Shown here one piece after another: positions 13,445 to 29,404 of a DNA stretch of 64,000 nucleotides. How positions within the stretch are numbered: the stretch's first letter is position 1; the number at the start of each line of letters is the position of its first letter. Location of the stretch: NCBI RefSeq assembly GCF_018350175.1, contig NC_058368.1, positions 213,158,001 through 213,222,000 of the forward strand, read 5' to 3'. The position numbers and the translations under genes are program-made. Source of the DNA: Felis catus. Its lineage: Eukaryota. The notes under the pieces are model-generated. The model saw nothing but the letters and a program-made list of their open reading frames with translations. It searched no databases and was not told the DNA's origin.

Positions 13445-15330
13445 ATGAACAGGGGAGGGGCAGAGAGAGGGAGACCTAGAATCTGAAGCAGACTTCAGGC
13501 TCTGAGCTGTCAGCACAGAGCCCTACAAGGGGCTGGAACTCACAAACCTGAGCCAAAATCAGAGCTTGACTGACTGAGCCACTTAGGCGCCCCTCCCTTT
13601 ATTATTTAGACAAGCCTTGGACATACAAGTTCCTTGTCCTCTTTCTATCTAATCAAGCTATTTGTTACCTGGATAACCTAAATCTTTAGCTTTTGCTTAA
13701 ACTAATTTTCTTTGTCCTATATATAATTCATAATGTATCATTGAATAATTTAAAGTTAGCTATTTGAAAAAATCATTTGGTAACTTTCTTTTTTACCCTT
13801 TTTATATCTAATATTTATTGAATTTAAAGGCTTTTGGGTAGAGATTTTATAAAAATATAAAATAATTACTTTACCCCCATATTCTTAGAATCTTAGCAAA
13901 TGTTGTTTAAGGATAAATGTTTAAGTGGATTTTGACTATCATCTGGACATTAGTTTAAATTCAGCATCTGCTAATTCAAAAGAAGGCATCTCATCAGTGA
14001 TTCTTAAGATCTGGTTAGTATGTCCCTAAAGGTTAAGTATCTCCTCACATCACTAAGATAACTTGGGTAGGTTGATAGCTGGTGAATTTTTTTTTTCTTT
14101 CCTTTTTAGTTTATTTTGAATATAGTGTTAAGAATACTCTCTTGAGGAAAGAATGAGAGTAACATTAGTAGGGTAAAAAAGGAGTAATCCCTAACTGAGA
14201 AGGTGAAAAACCAGGTGAACAGGTTTTTGAAACCAATCACGGTGATGGAAATTTACTGGCTCTATAAAAAAAATTCAACTGCTAATTATATCAGCTCTTT
14301 CATTGTTGAATCAGAGATCTTAGGATTCATAATGCTTGAATGAGTTTGAAATAATGAAAATTTTCTTTCCAAAAGGATTACTACTGTTACATTGATGATA
14401 TTTCTTGCCTATGTTATTAGTAGCCTTAAGGGTAGTGTGAGCCAAAATATTCCTGTAGAGAATGTTTAAGGTGTATGCTTGACTGTGCTTTTGTAAACTG
14501 CTTTACAGTATACTCTAATGGGAAGAGCATGAATTTGGAGCTTGTGAGACTTCAGATTTGAATCTCAGCTCTATCCCATCAGTCATTTGGCCAAATCCCT
14601 TCATCTTTCTGAAACTGTTCTCTCACCTGACTTACCTTGAGGTGAAGATTAAATATAAAAACTTCCTACCCTGGTCCTGATTTTCAGTAGGCATTTTACC
14701 AATATTAGTTTTCTATGAAGTATAGATATTTGAATAATACTATAAGGGTTTTAAAGGAATTCATTAGTTGATGTCTTTCATATATTTAATGTATAGAGTT
14801 TCATAATCTCAAGGTAAAATGTTTTAAAAGTAGGTAATTGAGTATCAATTGATGGGCCTCAATTTGTGTCATTTTGTTTTTTTTATTTTACTTATTTTTA
14901 AATGTTTAAGAGCGAGGACACTTGAGGGGAGGGACAGAGAGAGAGAGAGAGAGAGAGCGCGAGAGTGCAAGGGAGAGAATCCCAGGCAAGTTCTGTGCTG
15001 TCAGTGGGAGTCTCTCCAAATGTGAGATCACTACCTGAGCCAAAATCAAGAGTCAGATGCTCAACCTACTGAACCACCCAGGTGCTTCCCACTCCCCCAC
15101 TCCCCCTGCCACCGTGTCATTTTAATGGGGAAGGAAGGAGATTTTTTTTTAAGTTTATTTATTTTGAGAGAGAATGAGCAGGGGAGGGGCAGAGAGAGAG
15201 AGAAAGATCCCAAGCAAGCTCCATGCTAAGCCTGACCAGGGGCACAATTTCATGACCAACCTTGAGATCATGACCTGAGCAGAAATCAAGAATCAGACAG
15301 ACACTTAACCAAGCCACCCAGGCACCCCGG
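10355..15330. mobile_element. Intron-2 Can-SINEs (approx. 10355-10572 -, 11024-11245 +, 11280-11488 -, 12365-12586 -, 13160-13397 -, 13398-13593 -, 14880-15090 -, 15145-15328 -)
   Basis: Recognisable SINE heads, bodies and (GA)n/poly-T tracts. Confidence 0.85.
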
Positions 15331-15499
15331 AAATTTTTTATTTGCAAGCAACATGATTATTTTATTTGCAGCCAACAGACAAAAATAAGAGAAATAGTAA
15401 GTACTTAGCAAATTTTCTGAATCTATAATCAGGCAGGAATTGGTAACATTCCTGTTTCAGCAATATTGTGTTAGATTATTAAATTTCAAAATAAATCTT

Positions 15500-15950
15500 T
15501 TTTTATATAGCCACAAAACCTATTAAGTAGAAATAGAACTAATGAGATCTACAAAACACTTAAGGAAAAAATACATTAGGATATAAAGGCCATAAAAGAA
15601 TACATAAATAAATGAGGATGGACTGGGTCTGTGGAGTGAAAAAATACCATCAAGTTATCAACTTTCTTCTATGTAATCTATGTAATGCAATTCCAATAAA
15701 AATCAACAGTCTGGGGGGACAGGGGTTAACTTGATAAAGAGATTCTAATGTTGGTAATGAAAATAGTGTTTGTCCAAAAGTAGTCATAACAGTCTTGTAA
15801 GATATGACAAGGAAGGTCTTGTATTATCACATACCCAAACTTTATTAAACAGGAGAATGTCATATTAATCAGTTACAGGGATAGACAAATAGATAACCGG
15901 AATAAAATAGAGATCCCAGAGATAGAATTATGCTTATGAGCAGTTGGATT
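15500..15950 (+). mobile_element. Degenerate old L1 ORF2 fragment
   Basis: A-rich L1-like text (aatgcaattccaataaaaatc; atagacaaatagataaccggaataaaatagagatcccaga). Confidence 0.55.
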
Positions 15951-18899
15951 ATTAATGTATAGCTGTTTAAATAGACATATACGTTAAATCAGCCAAATTA
16001 GTTTTCACAAGTACACCATCATGTTAATCAGAAGACAGGCCTTGGGCTTATAAGTGTAGTAATTGACAAAGTATGTTAGAATTACTTAGCTAAATGATTG
16101 AAGGTGTGCAGTGCACCCACTATGCTTGGCCATAAATTGCCCTTGGCACGCCTTCCTCAGAATTAGGGTCACTGTTCAGAGTATAGTATTCCTTAGTGCT
16201 GTGTGAAAGCTATGTGCAGTGCAGCTCTTTAATTCAGGCTTGTAGAGGACATACTAATAAAATAAAGATTACATTGGGCTTTAAAAGATATTTCCTATAT
16301 AATATGTATATTAAAATACATTTTTAGGGAGTAACATGTAATATTTAATGAATATCTACAATATATATGTGCAGTCTCTGTACTCAAGGAGTTTATGCTT
16401 TCGTGGGATGTCCTGTGGGAGGACAAATATACGTGCAAATAACCATGCCATGATGATGATCATACTTGAGTTTAAATGAAATACTAAAATGGGGAATTGG
16501 AGGATTCTCACTGTGGAGTTTGAGATGCACTTCCATGGTCTTCCATTCTGAAAATTGAGGGAAGATCATTTTAGACAAAGGAAATATGTTGAGCCAGGAA
16601 GGCAATGTATGATGCTTGATATGATTGAGAGTGGAATGACTTTGAAGTCAGACTACCTGAGGTGAATCCTGGTTCCCTGTACTACTTGCCGTGTGACCAT
16701 GGGCAGTCTCTTGATATTTAAGCTTCATCTTTAAACTGGAGAAAATATTGTTCCTTTCTTCATAGGATTGAGATTTTTAGAAAGTTCTATGTTGAAGTAC
16801 AACATAGAGAAAAACTGCACAGTATAGCTTGATGAACTGTCATATACTAAACTTTACCTGTATAAACAGCATCCAGATTAAAAACAAAAACATTATCAGC
16901 ATCCTGGAAGGCTTCTACATTCTCCATTGTGTTGTTTTGATAATTCAGTGACATAGTATTTGCAAAATGCTGGGTACAGTCCCTGGCATATATTACATCC
17001 CCATCAGCGTTAGCTATTATATTCAGTAGACATTTGGAATGGAGCTTAAGAAAGGGATAAGGGTTGGTAGTGTAAATCTGGATATCATTCATATGGTAGT
17101 GATGCCCCGTTTAGTTGTTGAGCATGGATGAAACCAGAGAAAGTACAATGGCTGGCATACGTCATTTAGTAAAAAATTTTGAACGAATGAGAGAAAAATA
17201 GAAAAAATAAAGCCATGGTTACAAACTTGGGAAACATCTGTGTTTAAGGTAAGGCCAGAGAAAGAAATAAGTAGGGCATGCACAGAGTTCCTGGAGGGGG
17301 GAAGGCCTTCTCCCAGCTTCTCAGCCTCACTGCAGGGTGGATGGGGTAACTTCACTCCCTGTGTCCTGAGTCCTTGCTAGAAACCTGCATTTCTGTCCAC
17401 ACACCTTGGACCTTGGTCCTGGGGGCTCAAAAACAAAAACAAACTGAAAAAGTTTTATGGTCTAATTTAGTATTCAAATAAGTTCTTGAGGGCCCTAGAG
17501 ATCAAAGGGGCTTAAAGTATTGGGAAGATCAATTAAGTGAAAATAAAAATTTTAATATATTTTTTATTTCTGGGAAAATATATGCTGTATAAAATGCATT
17601 AACATTGATATGGTAATCAGTTTTAAATGGGAAAGAATGTTCTTAAAAAGATTTGAAGAGATCTAATACTTTTTTGATAGGAAACAACACAAAAACCTTT
17701 TAAACGATAATCATCTAGATGAGGGCAAAGTGCTGTTATTTATAAAAATGGCTTTATAGCTTCTCTCACTCTCCCAGTCCTACACATCCCAAACCATTTT
17801 TTTTTATTGTAAACAGAATACTCATCATAAAATGTAAATTCAGTCACACCACTTTTCTGCTTAAAATCTTCACTGGCTATTACTTTGAGAATATCTGGTT
17901 ATCCTAGCTTTATTAAGGACTTCAGTATCTTATTGTACACATTTATAATTCCTTATCTACATTTATGAAATCAAAAAACTACTGAAAATACTCCTGGTAA
18001 GTTTGTAAAACACTTGACAATAAAAAATTGATCTGAAATATCAGGAGCCTATTTTTAGTTTGTGTGTTTTTTGTTTTTAATGTTTGTTTATGTTTGAGAG
18101 AGAGCGAGCAGGGAAGGGGAGAGAAAGGGAGACAGAGAATCCCAAGCAGGCTTCACACTGTCAGCACAGAGCCCCACATGGGGCTTGAACCCACGGACTG
18201 TGAGGAGATGACCTGAACTGAAATCAGAGGAGTCAGTCACTTAACTGACTGAGCCACCAAGGCACCCTAGTTTTGTTTTGTTTTTCATTTTACTTACTGT
18301 GAATATTCATATCTTTAACTGAAGAAATGTTAATGTGTTTGTGAAATAATGAAGAATGTATTTTTTCTTGAGTTTGGAAAGTTACAAGGCACTTTGGTTT
18401 AATTACCTTAGAGTATCCATCAGCTTTTATTGTACCTAATAGTTGGTGAATTTCTTTTTTGAGCAGTTCTATTTATAAACAGTTAAAAGGATTGACATTT
18501 CATGACTTGTTCCTTTTTAGAGGTCTTCAAAGAAAATCTGCTTAATTTTTAAAAGTGGAGTAAAATTCATTTTTATCTTGCAATTACTGTATGGATCCAT
18601 TGGGTCCTTTTTATAAGTCTTAAGATTTACCATATGGGATTTTAGTGATTTTACTGTTCTATGTCTTGAAACATTTTGCTGTTTCATCATCCTAGGAATT
18701 ATTTCCTCTTGTCACTTATTCCCAACTACACTAAGAAAGATTAATACGATAGAAAAATGGAGGAATGTTGGAATCACCTAGAAGGGTAGTACAATAGTGA
18801 AATAACTGGAGGACATTGATTGCATTGTCCTCATCTTTGCATCTTTGAAGAAATATGAAAGAGACACTACCATTATAGTTGGCTTTTAGTTTTGTCCTT

Positions 18900-20050
<1,151 letters not shown>

Positions 20051-20740
20051 TTGTTAAATGACTTCAAAAATATAAAAAGTGCCAGGGGCACCTGGGTGGC
20101 TCAGTCATTTAAGTGTCCAGTTCTTGGTTTCAGCTCAGGTTATGATCTCACAGTTTGTGAGTTCGAGCCCCATGTTGGGCTCCGTGCTGACAGCTTAGAG
20201 CCTGGAGCCTGCTTCAAATTTTGTCTCCCTCTCTGCTCCTCCCCTGCTCATGCTCTGTCTCTCTCTCCTTCAAAAATAAATTAAAACGTTAGAAAAAAAA
20301 GAAAAAAAGTCTCTCAGTGCTTTGGTAGATACATAAAATGCCATAATTTGACCTGGAAAATTTAGAGAAGTCCAACAATGTTGAGCATTAAATTTGGACT
20401 CATGAAAAGATCGAATTGTGTTTTGAATGCCATGAAAAAGAAAAAAAACATTTTGTCTATCAATCAATTTGACATTTTATCCAAAATTAAAAATAATGTA
20501 CACACACAGAGTATGTTTTCCAGAGGAGAAAAAAAAAACACCTTTAATAATGTGAGTGACAGAAGCAGTCTACATTTTCTTGATTGAGACTTTTTCTCAT
20601 TCCTTTTACAACATTAGGTATTAAACATTGTTTCTGTTTTACAGTGGTTGCTCTAGAAATTTAATATGGATATTTCACACTGTCCAAAGTTAATCATTAT
20701 CTTTACTCTCCTAAACAATATAAGGACTTAAAATGCTTTA

Positions 20741-20969
20741 TTTTTTTTTCTTTCTTGCCTTTTTTTTTAAACTTTATAATTTATTTTTTATAACTTACAT
20801 CCAAGTTAGCACATGGTGCAACAATGATTTCAGGAGTAGATTCCTTAAGCCCCTTACCCATTTAGTCCATCCCCCTTCCCACAACCCCTCCAGCAACCTT
20901 CTGTTCTCCATATTTAAGAGTCTCTTCTGTTTTGTGCCCCTCCCTGTTTTTGTTATTTTTGCTTCCCTA
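20741..20969 (-). mobile_element. Short 5'-truncated L1 3' end with TSD
   Basis: Poly-T followed by antisense L1 3'UTR-like sequence; TSD taaaatgcttta at 20729-20740 and 20970-20981. Confidence 0.75.
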
Positions 20970-23274
20970 TAAAATGCTTTAATCTTAATCCTCTCCTGAT
21001 TTTGTGCCATTATTATACAATATTTTAGATTTTTTTTAACCCCACAACTAGTCATTGTTGAACAAAATTATATAGTCAGTGATTTTTTTTTTTAAGTTAT
21101 GTATTTATTTTGAGAGAGGGCACACACAAGTCGGGGAGGGGCAGAGGGGGGTGGAGGGCTTGAACCCATGATCCATGAGATCATGACCTTGAGCCAAAAT
21201 CAAGAGTCAGAGGCTCAACCAACTGAGCCACCCAGGTGCCCCATATTAGTGATTATTTAAACTTACTTTCATATTTACCATTTAAAAAAATTTTTTTTAA
21301 TGTTTGTTTTTGAGAGAGAGAGAAAGGGAGTGCGAGTAGGGGGAGGGGCAGAGAGAGAGGGAGACACAGAATCCGAAGCAGGCTCCAGGCTCTGAACTTT
21401 CAGCACAGAGCCCGATGAGGGGCTCGAACTCACAGAGAGATCATGACCTGAGCCAAAGTCGCAGCTTAACTAACTGGACAACCCAGGCACCTCTATCGCT
21501 TTTTTTTTTTTTAAAGTTTATATATTTTGAGAGAGAGAGAGAGGAGAACACGAGCAGGGAGGGGTAGAGAGAGAGAATCCCAACCAGGCTCGGCACTGTC
21601 AGTATGGAGCCCAATGTGGGGTTTGAACTGAAGAATCATGAGATCATAGATCATGACCTGAGCTGAAACCACAAGTTGGTTGCTTAACTGACTGAGCCAC
21701 CCAGGCACCCTATATTTACCACTTTTTAAACATAAGTTTATTCATTCTGAGATCATTTTCATTTTTCCTAAAGGAAATCTTTAAGAATGTCCTTAAATAT
21801 GGGTCTACTGGTAAGATTTTGTGTGTGTGTTGTGTGTGTTTTTAATCTCATGTTTCTCATTATTGAGAAGTCATCACTTAGGCTCTGTAGGCAAATTGTT
21901 TTCCCTCAGTGCTTTGTTGGGGCTCTTGAATCTCAGGATTGTTATTTTTTTATTAATTTTAGGAAATCTCAGACATTCATTTTAGGTGTGTTTCCTTTTT
22001 CTCCATTTGCAACTCTACTTAGATGTAACTTACCACTTTTTTTCTTTCCTCCTGATTTTTTAACCTCTAATATTTTTCACCTCATTGTCTCTGTCCATTC
22101 TAAGTAATTTTGGAGACAATTTTAAGTTTAATTTTTTTTTTTTTGTCAGCCATGTCTAATCAGTTATGTAATGCCTTTCTAAATTCCTGATTATAATTTT
22201 TATATATAGTGTATTTTGTTTCTGGAAGTTTTGTTCTTTTAAAAATTCATCTGGTTGTGTTTGATCAATTTCTTGGTCCTTGGTCTTAGTTTTGATAGTC
22301 TCTTTTACTTTTTTTAGTGTACTTATTTTATATTTTGTATCTAATAATTCTAATGCTTCTAGTCTTTTCAAATTTTTTTTTTTATTCTGCAAACTCTTGC
22401 TCATAGTAACTTGTTTCCTTGTGGGTTTTGTTGTGTTTTTATTGAGAGCTCCTGTTTCTTGGAACATTGTAGCATTTAGAGAGGAAAATGTGTTTTGTGG
22501 CATCTGGAAGCACTATCAGCCCAGAGATACATTAAACGAACTTCTTAGCTGGGAGTGTTCCTAGTTAGAGAATGTGCATTCCAGAGCCCAAACTAGGGGA
22601 AGGCTGGCTTGTGATTGATTGTCAGGGGAGACTTCTTTCCCCTTTCCCCAGAGCCAAGGCTGAGATAGTAAAGTTTCTTTTACAATTTTCCCTTAAAAGG
22701 GGAAATGGGGGTCCCTGGGTGGCTTTGTTGGTTGGGTGTCCAACTCTTGATTTCTGCTGAGGTTGTGATCTCATGGTTTGTAGGAACCAGCCCCAAGAGC
22801 CCTGATGTGTGGCCTCTGTGGTGACAGGGCAGGGCCTGCTTGTTGGGATTCTCTCTCTCCTTCTCTCTGTCCCTCCACCCACATATGCCTCAAAATAAAT
22901 AAACATTTTTTAAAAATCTTTAAAAGAAGTGGGGGGAATGGATTTTTTCCTAATTCACCTTCTGTGCTGGTTCTCGTGGGAGTCCCAGAGTTCTAGGCCA
23001 TTGCTTCCCAATGCCTTTCATGTCTGCTAACACAGAAAATGATATTTGTTGAGCAGCACAGCAGGCAAAGTGGGAGATTTGGAGCCCTGGATAGGGTTAT
23101 TGCAGCTGTAGGCAGCAGATATAGGGCTCTGACCATGTGCACTGCTTATTTTCCTGGAGAACTGTTTCCCTGTTACAGAATAGAAGGAAATGTTTTTGTT
23201 TAAAGATATAATTTAAAGAGTGGGGAAATGAATGATGAATACCATTATAGACTCTAAGTTAATGCTCTATGGTA

Positions 23275-23866
23275 AAATGGTGGTTCTTGAAGCTTACAGT
23301 TTTGGGACCCCTCAAGCAGTTACAATTATTGAAGACCCCAAAGAGCTTTTGTTTATGTGGGTTATATTTACTGTCTTAGAATTTAAAAAAATATTTATTG
23401 GGACACCTGGGTGGCTCAGTTGGTTAAGCATCCGACTCTTGGTTTTTGGCTCAGGTCATGATCCCACAGTTTGAGAGTTCTAGCCCTGCATCGGGCTTTG
23501 TGCTGACAGAGTGGAGCCTACTTGGGGTTCTGTTGTCCCTCTCTCTCTGCCCCTCCCTTGCTTGCTCTGTCTCTCAAAATAAGTAAAAACTTAAAATTAT
23601 TAAGTCATTTTAAAATAAGAATAAAATTACCATATGTTAACCCCAAATTTCTTTATGAAAAATAACTAGATTACTATCCCCCCAAAATAGTGAGACAAGA
23701 GGCCTTACCTCACACTTTTACAGAGATTTTTATTAAATTGTTTAGATTAAATTATGTGAAAGCAATAAATTATTTGGATTAAATTATATGAAAGCAATCT
23801 GTAACTGAAAAAGGGATAACCTCCTGGATCCTAGTAGTCCTTGGATCACATTTTGAAAATCACTCG
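23275..23866. mobile_element. hAT-Charlie-type DNA transposon remnant split by a SINE
   Basis: tggttct... start, internal gaccccaaagagcttttgtttatgtgggttata and ...cacattttgaaaatcact end; subfamily not assigned. Confidence 0.5.
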
Positions 23867-26800
23867 TATAAAGATTAAAAAATATAGAGAGTAGCATGGC
23901 AGGCTCAATCTGAAGAGCATACGACTTTTGATTTCAGGGTTGTGAGTTTGAGTCCCATGTGGGGTGTAGAGATTACTTAAATAAATAAACTTAAAAAAAA
24001 AAGAGGTATAAAAATGTTTTCCCTGTTACCAGATGCCACTTATATGGACAAGTCATTGGTACACATAGTTGTTTTAATGTCAGTAGTGACTATAACTTTA
24101 GTATAATAGCCAACTCATACTAATGGAACTTGCAAATGCTAAAAATGGGCTCAGGGTTGGATATAGGTTAGTCCAGAAATGTAGAAATTAGGAGTATCTT
24201 AAATTTGTGGTGGGTGGTTCGTCGGTTATTCAAGTTGCCAGTTTGAGAATTCTATTCCAGTACTTTCATGCTCCCCCCTAGAGTAATAATACTGTAATCA
24301 AAAATAAAATAGTATAGAAGGGCTTTTAATGAAAAAATTCCCTTATTTTCCTTCTCCCTTCTTCCCAGTTCCACTTTGTAGAGACCCTTACTTTTAGTGC
24401 ATTCTGGTTTTATTTCTAACCTGCATATCATGAAATCATATGCTTCTCTGTATCTTAATTTATCAACTTTTTTATGCATTATATTTTGACTTCCTACAGT
24501 CAGGAGTTAGTACATACTTTCTCATGCTTCTCATTTCTTCTTCCAAATTCACTGATATGCCTATTTCTCTTCAACACTCCATTTCCATCAAAGGTAGTCA
24601 GTTTCTCAGTACTCTCTATTTTAGGAAAAGAATCTTGGAACTCTGGTGCTTTACTTTCCCTCTTTCCCCACCCCATCCCCCAACTTAGCTGTGGTTGTAC
24701 TTGTGATTAACATTTATGTTATATTCTGTAATCGTAGTTTGTCTTCTGTAATTTAGGTTGATTCTGAAACTTTAATGCAAAAACTTTTATTCTTTTATGA
24801 TTGTAAATAGTAGTACTTACTGTGGAGCCAAGTGGTGGTGGTGTACGATTATCATTTCTAATATGTTTGTTCCATTTTTACAACCCTGTGCCACTTAATA
24901 GAACAATCTTCCTAGGTTCAAGTTCAAATGGATGTTTGTTTTTTACATCCTACTGATTGCTTAACTGTGGTGTCTTTTACCAGGATCATGCCTTTCTTGA
25001 GCAATTTCATATTTGCTGAAGCCTTTCATTACCACCCCCCCCCCCCCCCATCTTTTTGGTGCCTTGATTGTATCTTAAGATTTTTCCAGGCTCCTGGTAT
25101 ACTGTCCCTTGTCCAATCCTGTTTTCCTGGACATTTCTCTCCTGGAGGCCTCTATACTGTTTTTACTTACAGTCTAAGCTCATTGCCTGTGTCGGTCTGC
25201 TGCACAGCTGCTGACCTGGCCTCTCCTCTCTCCTGGATTTAGATCCAGTGTTTATAGGATCTCATTTTTTTTTTCTTGGTTTATTTTTTATTGAAGTACA
25301 TCCTCATGTTAGTTACTTCAGAAAGGGGGGTGGTGTATAGGTAGTAAACTCTTTCAGTTCTCGAATGTCAAAAAAAAAAATAATTCTGTCTTGATGGTTT
25401 AGCTGGGTACAGAACTCTGTATTAATAATCATCTTTCCTTGAATTTTTAAGACAGTCTGCTGTCTTCTAGCCACTAGTGTTATCAGTAAAAGTCTGATTT
25501 TCATTTATTTGTATACAGCTGACTTATTTTTTTTCTTTCTGGAGACTTGAAAGATTTTTTTTTTTTTTTTAAACCTTGAAGTGTTGTAAAATGCTATGTC
25601 TCTAGATGTAGTTCTTTCATTCAATTTTGCACTCTGTAGTCCCTTTAAATTTGAAAATATATGCTTCCCTTCCAGAATGGGAAATACTATTTCTTAATTT
25701 CTTTCATTTGGTTTTTTCTTTTCTTTTCAGAATTCTTTCCAATTGGATATTGGACTTCCTAGATTATCTTCTCTTTTCTAGTTTTCATATTCTGATCTTG
25801 TCTGTATCCCTCAACTTTATCTTCTACCAGAGTGTAAAGTTTTTATTTTATGGATAAATCAGAGTTTTTTAAATTCTTGTTTGTTGCCTTGAGATATTCA
25901 TTTTCTTTGGATCAATCCTGTTTCTTTTGCAGTTTATAGTAGGCTTTCTTCCAACTGTCTGGTGATTTTGGTCAGCTATCTGTTGTGGTAAGGTCTCTGG
26001 TTGGTTTCACTTTCTGGTAAGGAAGGGGAGAAAGCTGGCCATTAACCTCCAGTTTAAGTCCAAGAATATAAAAAGTGTCATTACTCTTTAATATTAATAA
26101 TTCCCTAAATATTTTATTTTTCAACCCCGAAGAGAAATACCTTTCCATTTTATGTCTGATTCTTCAAGTATTTCATAACCTTACTTACACATATTTTTAT
26201 ATGTTTGTTTTGTGGTTAATTATTTAGTTTGTCCTGGTTTAAAACTGACTGAAGTTTATTAGACTTAATTTATTCACAAAGGATATTATCTAAATGGAAG
26301 CTTCTTCTGAATGAAAATGAAAGTCTTCTCATTTCACAAATAAATTTTTATTACAAGACTTGGGTTCTTAATTACTTGTCCAGTTTTATTTTAAAAAATT
26401 AATGGCCATTAAGCCTTAAATTTTATGTAGGGATATAATTTAAGACTTTTATTCTAACACTCCAAAGTAGGCACAATCCTTGGTTTAAAATATTTCGACC
26501 TAAGACTAATTTTGCTTAAACTAATTTGAACTTGAATTTTTAAAAATTTACTTACTTATTTAGACTTAGCCAGTAGATATTTAATTGAATTGGTATGGTC
26601 CAGGCTGGTCATATACATCACATTAAAGGCAGTTTTTCTAAGCATATTTCAAGTTGAAAAAGAATTTCCCAGATGGGTTTAAGATAACCAGAGAGTCTTT
26701 ATTTTGAACAGCAGACAGTTGCCCTAGCCCTTAAACCCCTGGGAATTGGGACTAGATCATCGTTCATCATGATGCTTTTGGTAGAGGATATAGTTTCAGC

Positions 26801-28416
26801 CCAGATGATGGGTAGGTATCTGGCTAAGAGCAGTTGGGTTAGGCAGCCCTAGGCATGTACTTTATGATAATTGCTAAAGGTATTGACATACTTTTTATAT
26901 GGTTACTGGGAAGGATGATTATAAGATTTATTGTTCAAGCCAAGACACATGGGTGTGAGAGAGTACTGTTAATAATTATGAGGGGACAGTGGGCTTAAAC
27001 CAGAGCATATTGTCCTCCCTTTCTCAGTCACAGGGTCTTTTAAGGATCAGAGGCAGTATAAGTCAAATTGACTTAACGTTCCTATTCTATTCCCACTCTC
27101 TTTTTTGTCCTGTAGGACAAGTTTTGGGGATCAAGAAGTGTGAGCAAATATTTTGATAAATAGCGTGGGGTGAATGGAAACTGTATAGGAGTCCAAGACT
27201 ATCTAAATTTTTATATAAACAAACCCCTTTTATGCAGTGTAGTCTGAATGTGTGAAATTTTATAAGTAAATGTTAAATATAAGTTTCACAGAACTGGTGT
27301 ATTTATATTTTAAATATAATTCTTTTTCTCAGTTCTAGGAATTTTGAAGAAGTATAATATGTTATTGGCATTTTTTTCTTAAGGCTGTGGAATTATCCAT
27401 AGAAAATGTCAATCCCAAACCAATTTTCCACTATTTAAATTTCCCTTCTCCTGTCTTTCAGTTGTCATATATGTAGAAATTATTAGCTATTTTTAATATC
27501 AAAATGTGGAAAACCTCTTCCAAATATAAATTATAAGAGTTTCTTTGGACTTTGTTCTAAGTTTTTGTTTTTTTTTCTTTTTCATATTGGGCTGAAATCT
27601 GCCACCCTTCCATCCATTGGTTCTAGTTCTGTTCTCTGGAGCAGCATGGAGTAAGTCTCTTCTATTAGAAGGCAGCTCTCATATCTTCCCCAGTCATCTC
27701 TTCTAGACTGAATGTTCCCAGGTCCTCTACTTTTTATGTGAAATAATACCCATACTTATAAGTTTCATATTGATTCCCTTTGAATACATTATAATTATCA
27801 GTGTTTTCCCTAATATGGTTAAAATGTGATGGCCCCAAATTTTAATTGTATGCCATATTTGTATGGTATTGTGCACACCAGTGAAGAATATCCTGTACTA
27901 TAACCCATGAATCAGACACTCTATTAGTGCAGCTTCAGCTTACGTCGGGTATTTTTTTTCTTAGCTATTCTTAACTTGTTGGCTCATATTAAAACTTACG
28001 GTCATCTAAAACCTGTCAGCTAAAATAACTGTTGGGGCTTTCCTTTTTTTAGAAGGCATTTCTGCCTTGATAATAAAACTTAAGTGTAATTCTAAGTGTA
28101 TTAGAATAACAAATACACTTTCATGTGCTAACATCTGTAAGCCTTGGTTTTATATGACATAGACTCTCAATTTAAAAATTAAACATTTTTCTGAGAACTT
28201 TAGCTGGAAATTTATTTGATCTACAGTTTTGAAAAATGTTTTTGCCTCTTTATGTTTTAAATGGTTATGATTGAAAAGCATCTGACTTAGGTCTTCTTTT
28301 GCAACATGTGCTACATTTTTAAGAGAAAAATAAATGTATGTAATGAAATGCTGCCTGTAACTTGGGTAATTTATCTAAAATCATAGATAGTCCATTGTAG
28401 GTTTTGTGCCCTAGAG

Positions 28417-28646
28417 CAAGATTTCTCAACCTCAGCACTATTGACATTCTTTGGATAATTCTTTGTTGTGGGTAGTTGTCCTGTTTATTGTAGGATAAGT
28501 AACAGCATCAATGGTCTCTACCCACTAGATGCCAGTAGCACACATCAATCACCACCACCTCCTCTGCAATTTGACCATCAGAAATTATCTCCAGACATAG
28601 CCAAATGTTCCTGGAGGACACAATCTCCTCCAGTTGATAAGTACTG
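28417..28646 (-). mobile_element. MER20 (hAT-Charlie MITE), full length
   Basis: Matches the MER20 reverse complement (tttctcaacctcagcactattgacatt...ctctacccactagatgccagtagca...tctccagacat); 8-bp TSD ccctagag/ccctaggg. Confidence 0.85.
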
Positions 28647-29121
28647 CCCTAGGGTATCAGAAGTATTTCTTATGTCAAATAAGTAATAGTTTCTCCCTTA
28701 AATGTTTTCTATAATTGGAGTTAGAACTCAATATTTTTAACATGATTTCTTTGTAGAGTTTTTTTTAACTATAGAACAAGAATAAAGAACTTTACAAACA
28801 AATATTTTTTAAAATTCCTAGTTTCATCAGTTTTTCTTTTCTTCCTAGTACTGCTTTTTATCCCAGTTTGTCATCCCTGCTTTGTGATATGGTCCATGAT
28901 CTTAAGCGTAGTATGTGTGACTGTCCAATGTTTTAAAATTAAGGAATAAAAACTATACAACAGTAACAAATACGGTATTGACTAGGAGGTTTATTGAGTT
29001 CAAATACTTGGTGTTTTGTAGCCCGTGATTAAATTTCTTGAAAATGTGCTTTGTATTTTATTAAATGCTTAGATTTTACAACTAAATTGTATTATCTTTA
29101 TTCTTCTACTCCACAATATAG

Positions 29122-29404
29122 CCAGCAGCCAGCTTCGGGTGTAGCCTACTCTCATCCAACTACAGTTGCTAGCTACACTGTCCATCAGGCTCCAGTAGCT
29201 GCTCACACAGTTACTGCTGCCTATGCACCAGCGGCCGCCACAGTTGCAGTTGCCAGGCCTGCTCCAGTAGCTGTTGCAGCTGCTGCAACAGCTGCTGCTT
29301 ATGGAGGCTACCCCACTGCACATACAGCAACTGACTACGGTTATACCCAGAGACAACAAGAAGCACCACCACCACCACCCCCAGCTACTACACAGAACTA
29401 CCAG
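29122..29404 (+). CDS. ZFR: ZFR exon 3 (Ala/Tyr/Pro-rich)
   Basis: atatag| acceptor, CAG|gtaaga donor; 283 nt; [13 protein letters not shown]...TTQNYQ. Confidence 0.96.

Larger units (their letters stand above)
20085..24000. mobile_element. Further intron-2 Can-SINEs (approx. 20085-20310 +, 21080-21242 -, 21290-21492 -, 21500-21710 -, 22708-22910 +, 23400-23600 +, 23890-24000 +); another lies at about 18060-18268 -
   Basis: SINE consensus-like segments. Confidence 0.8.
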
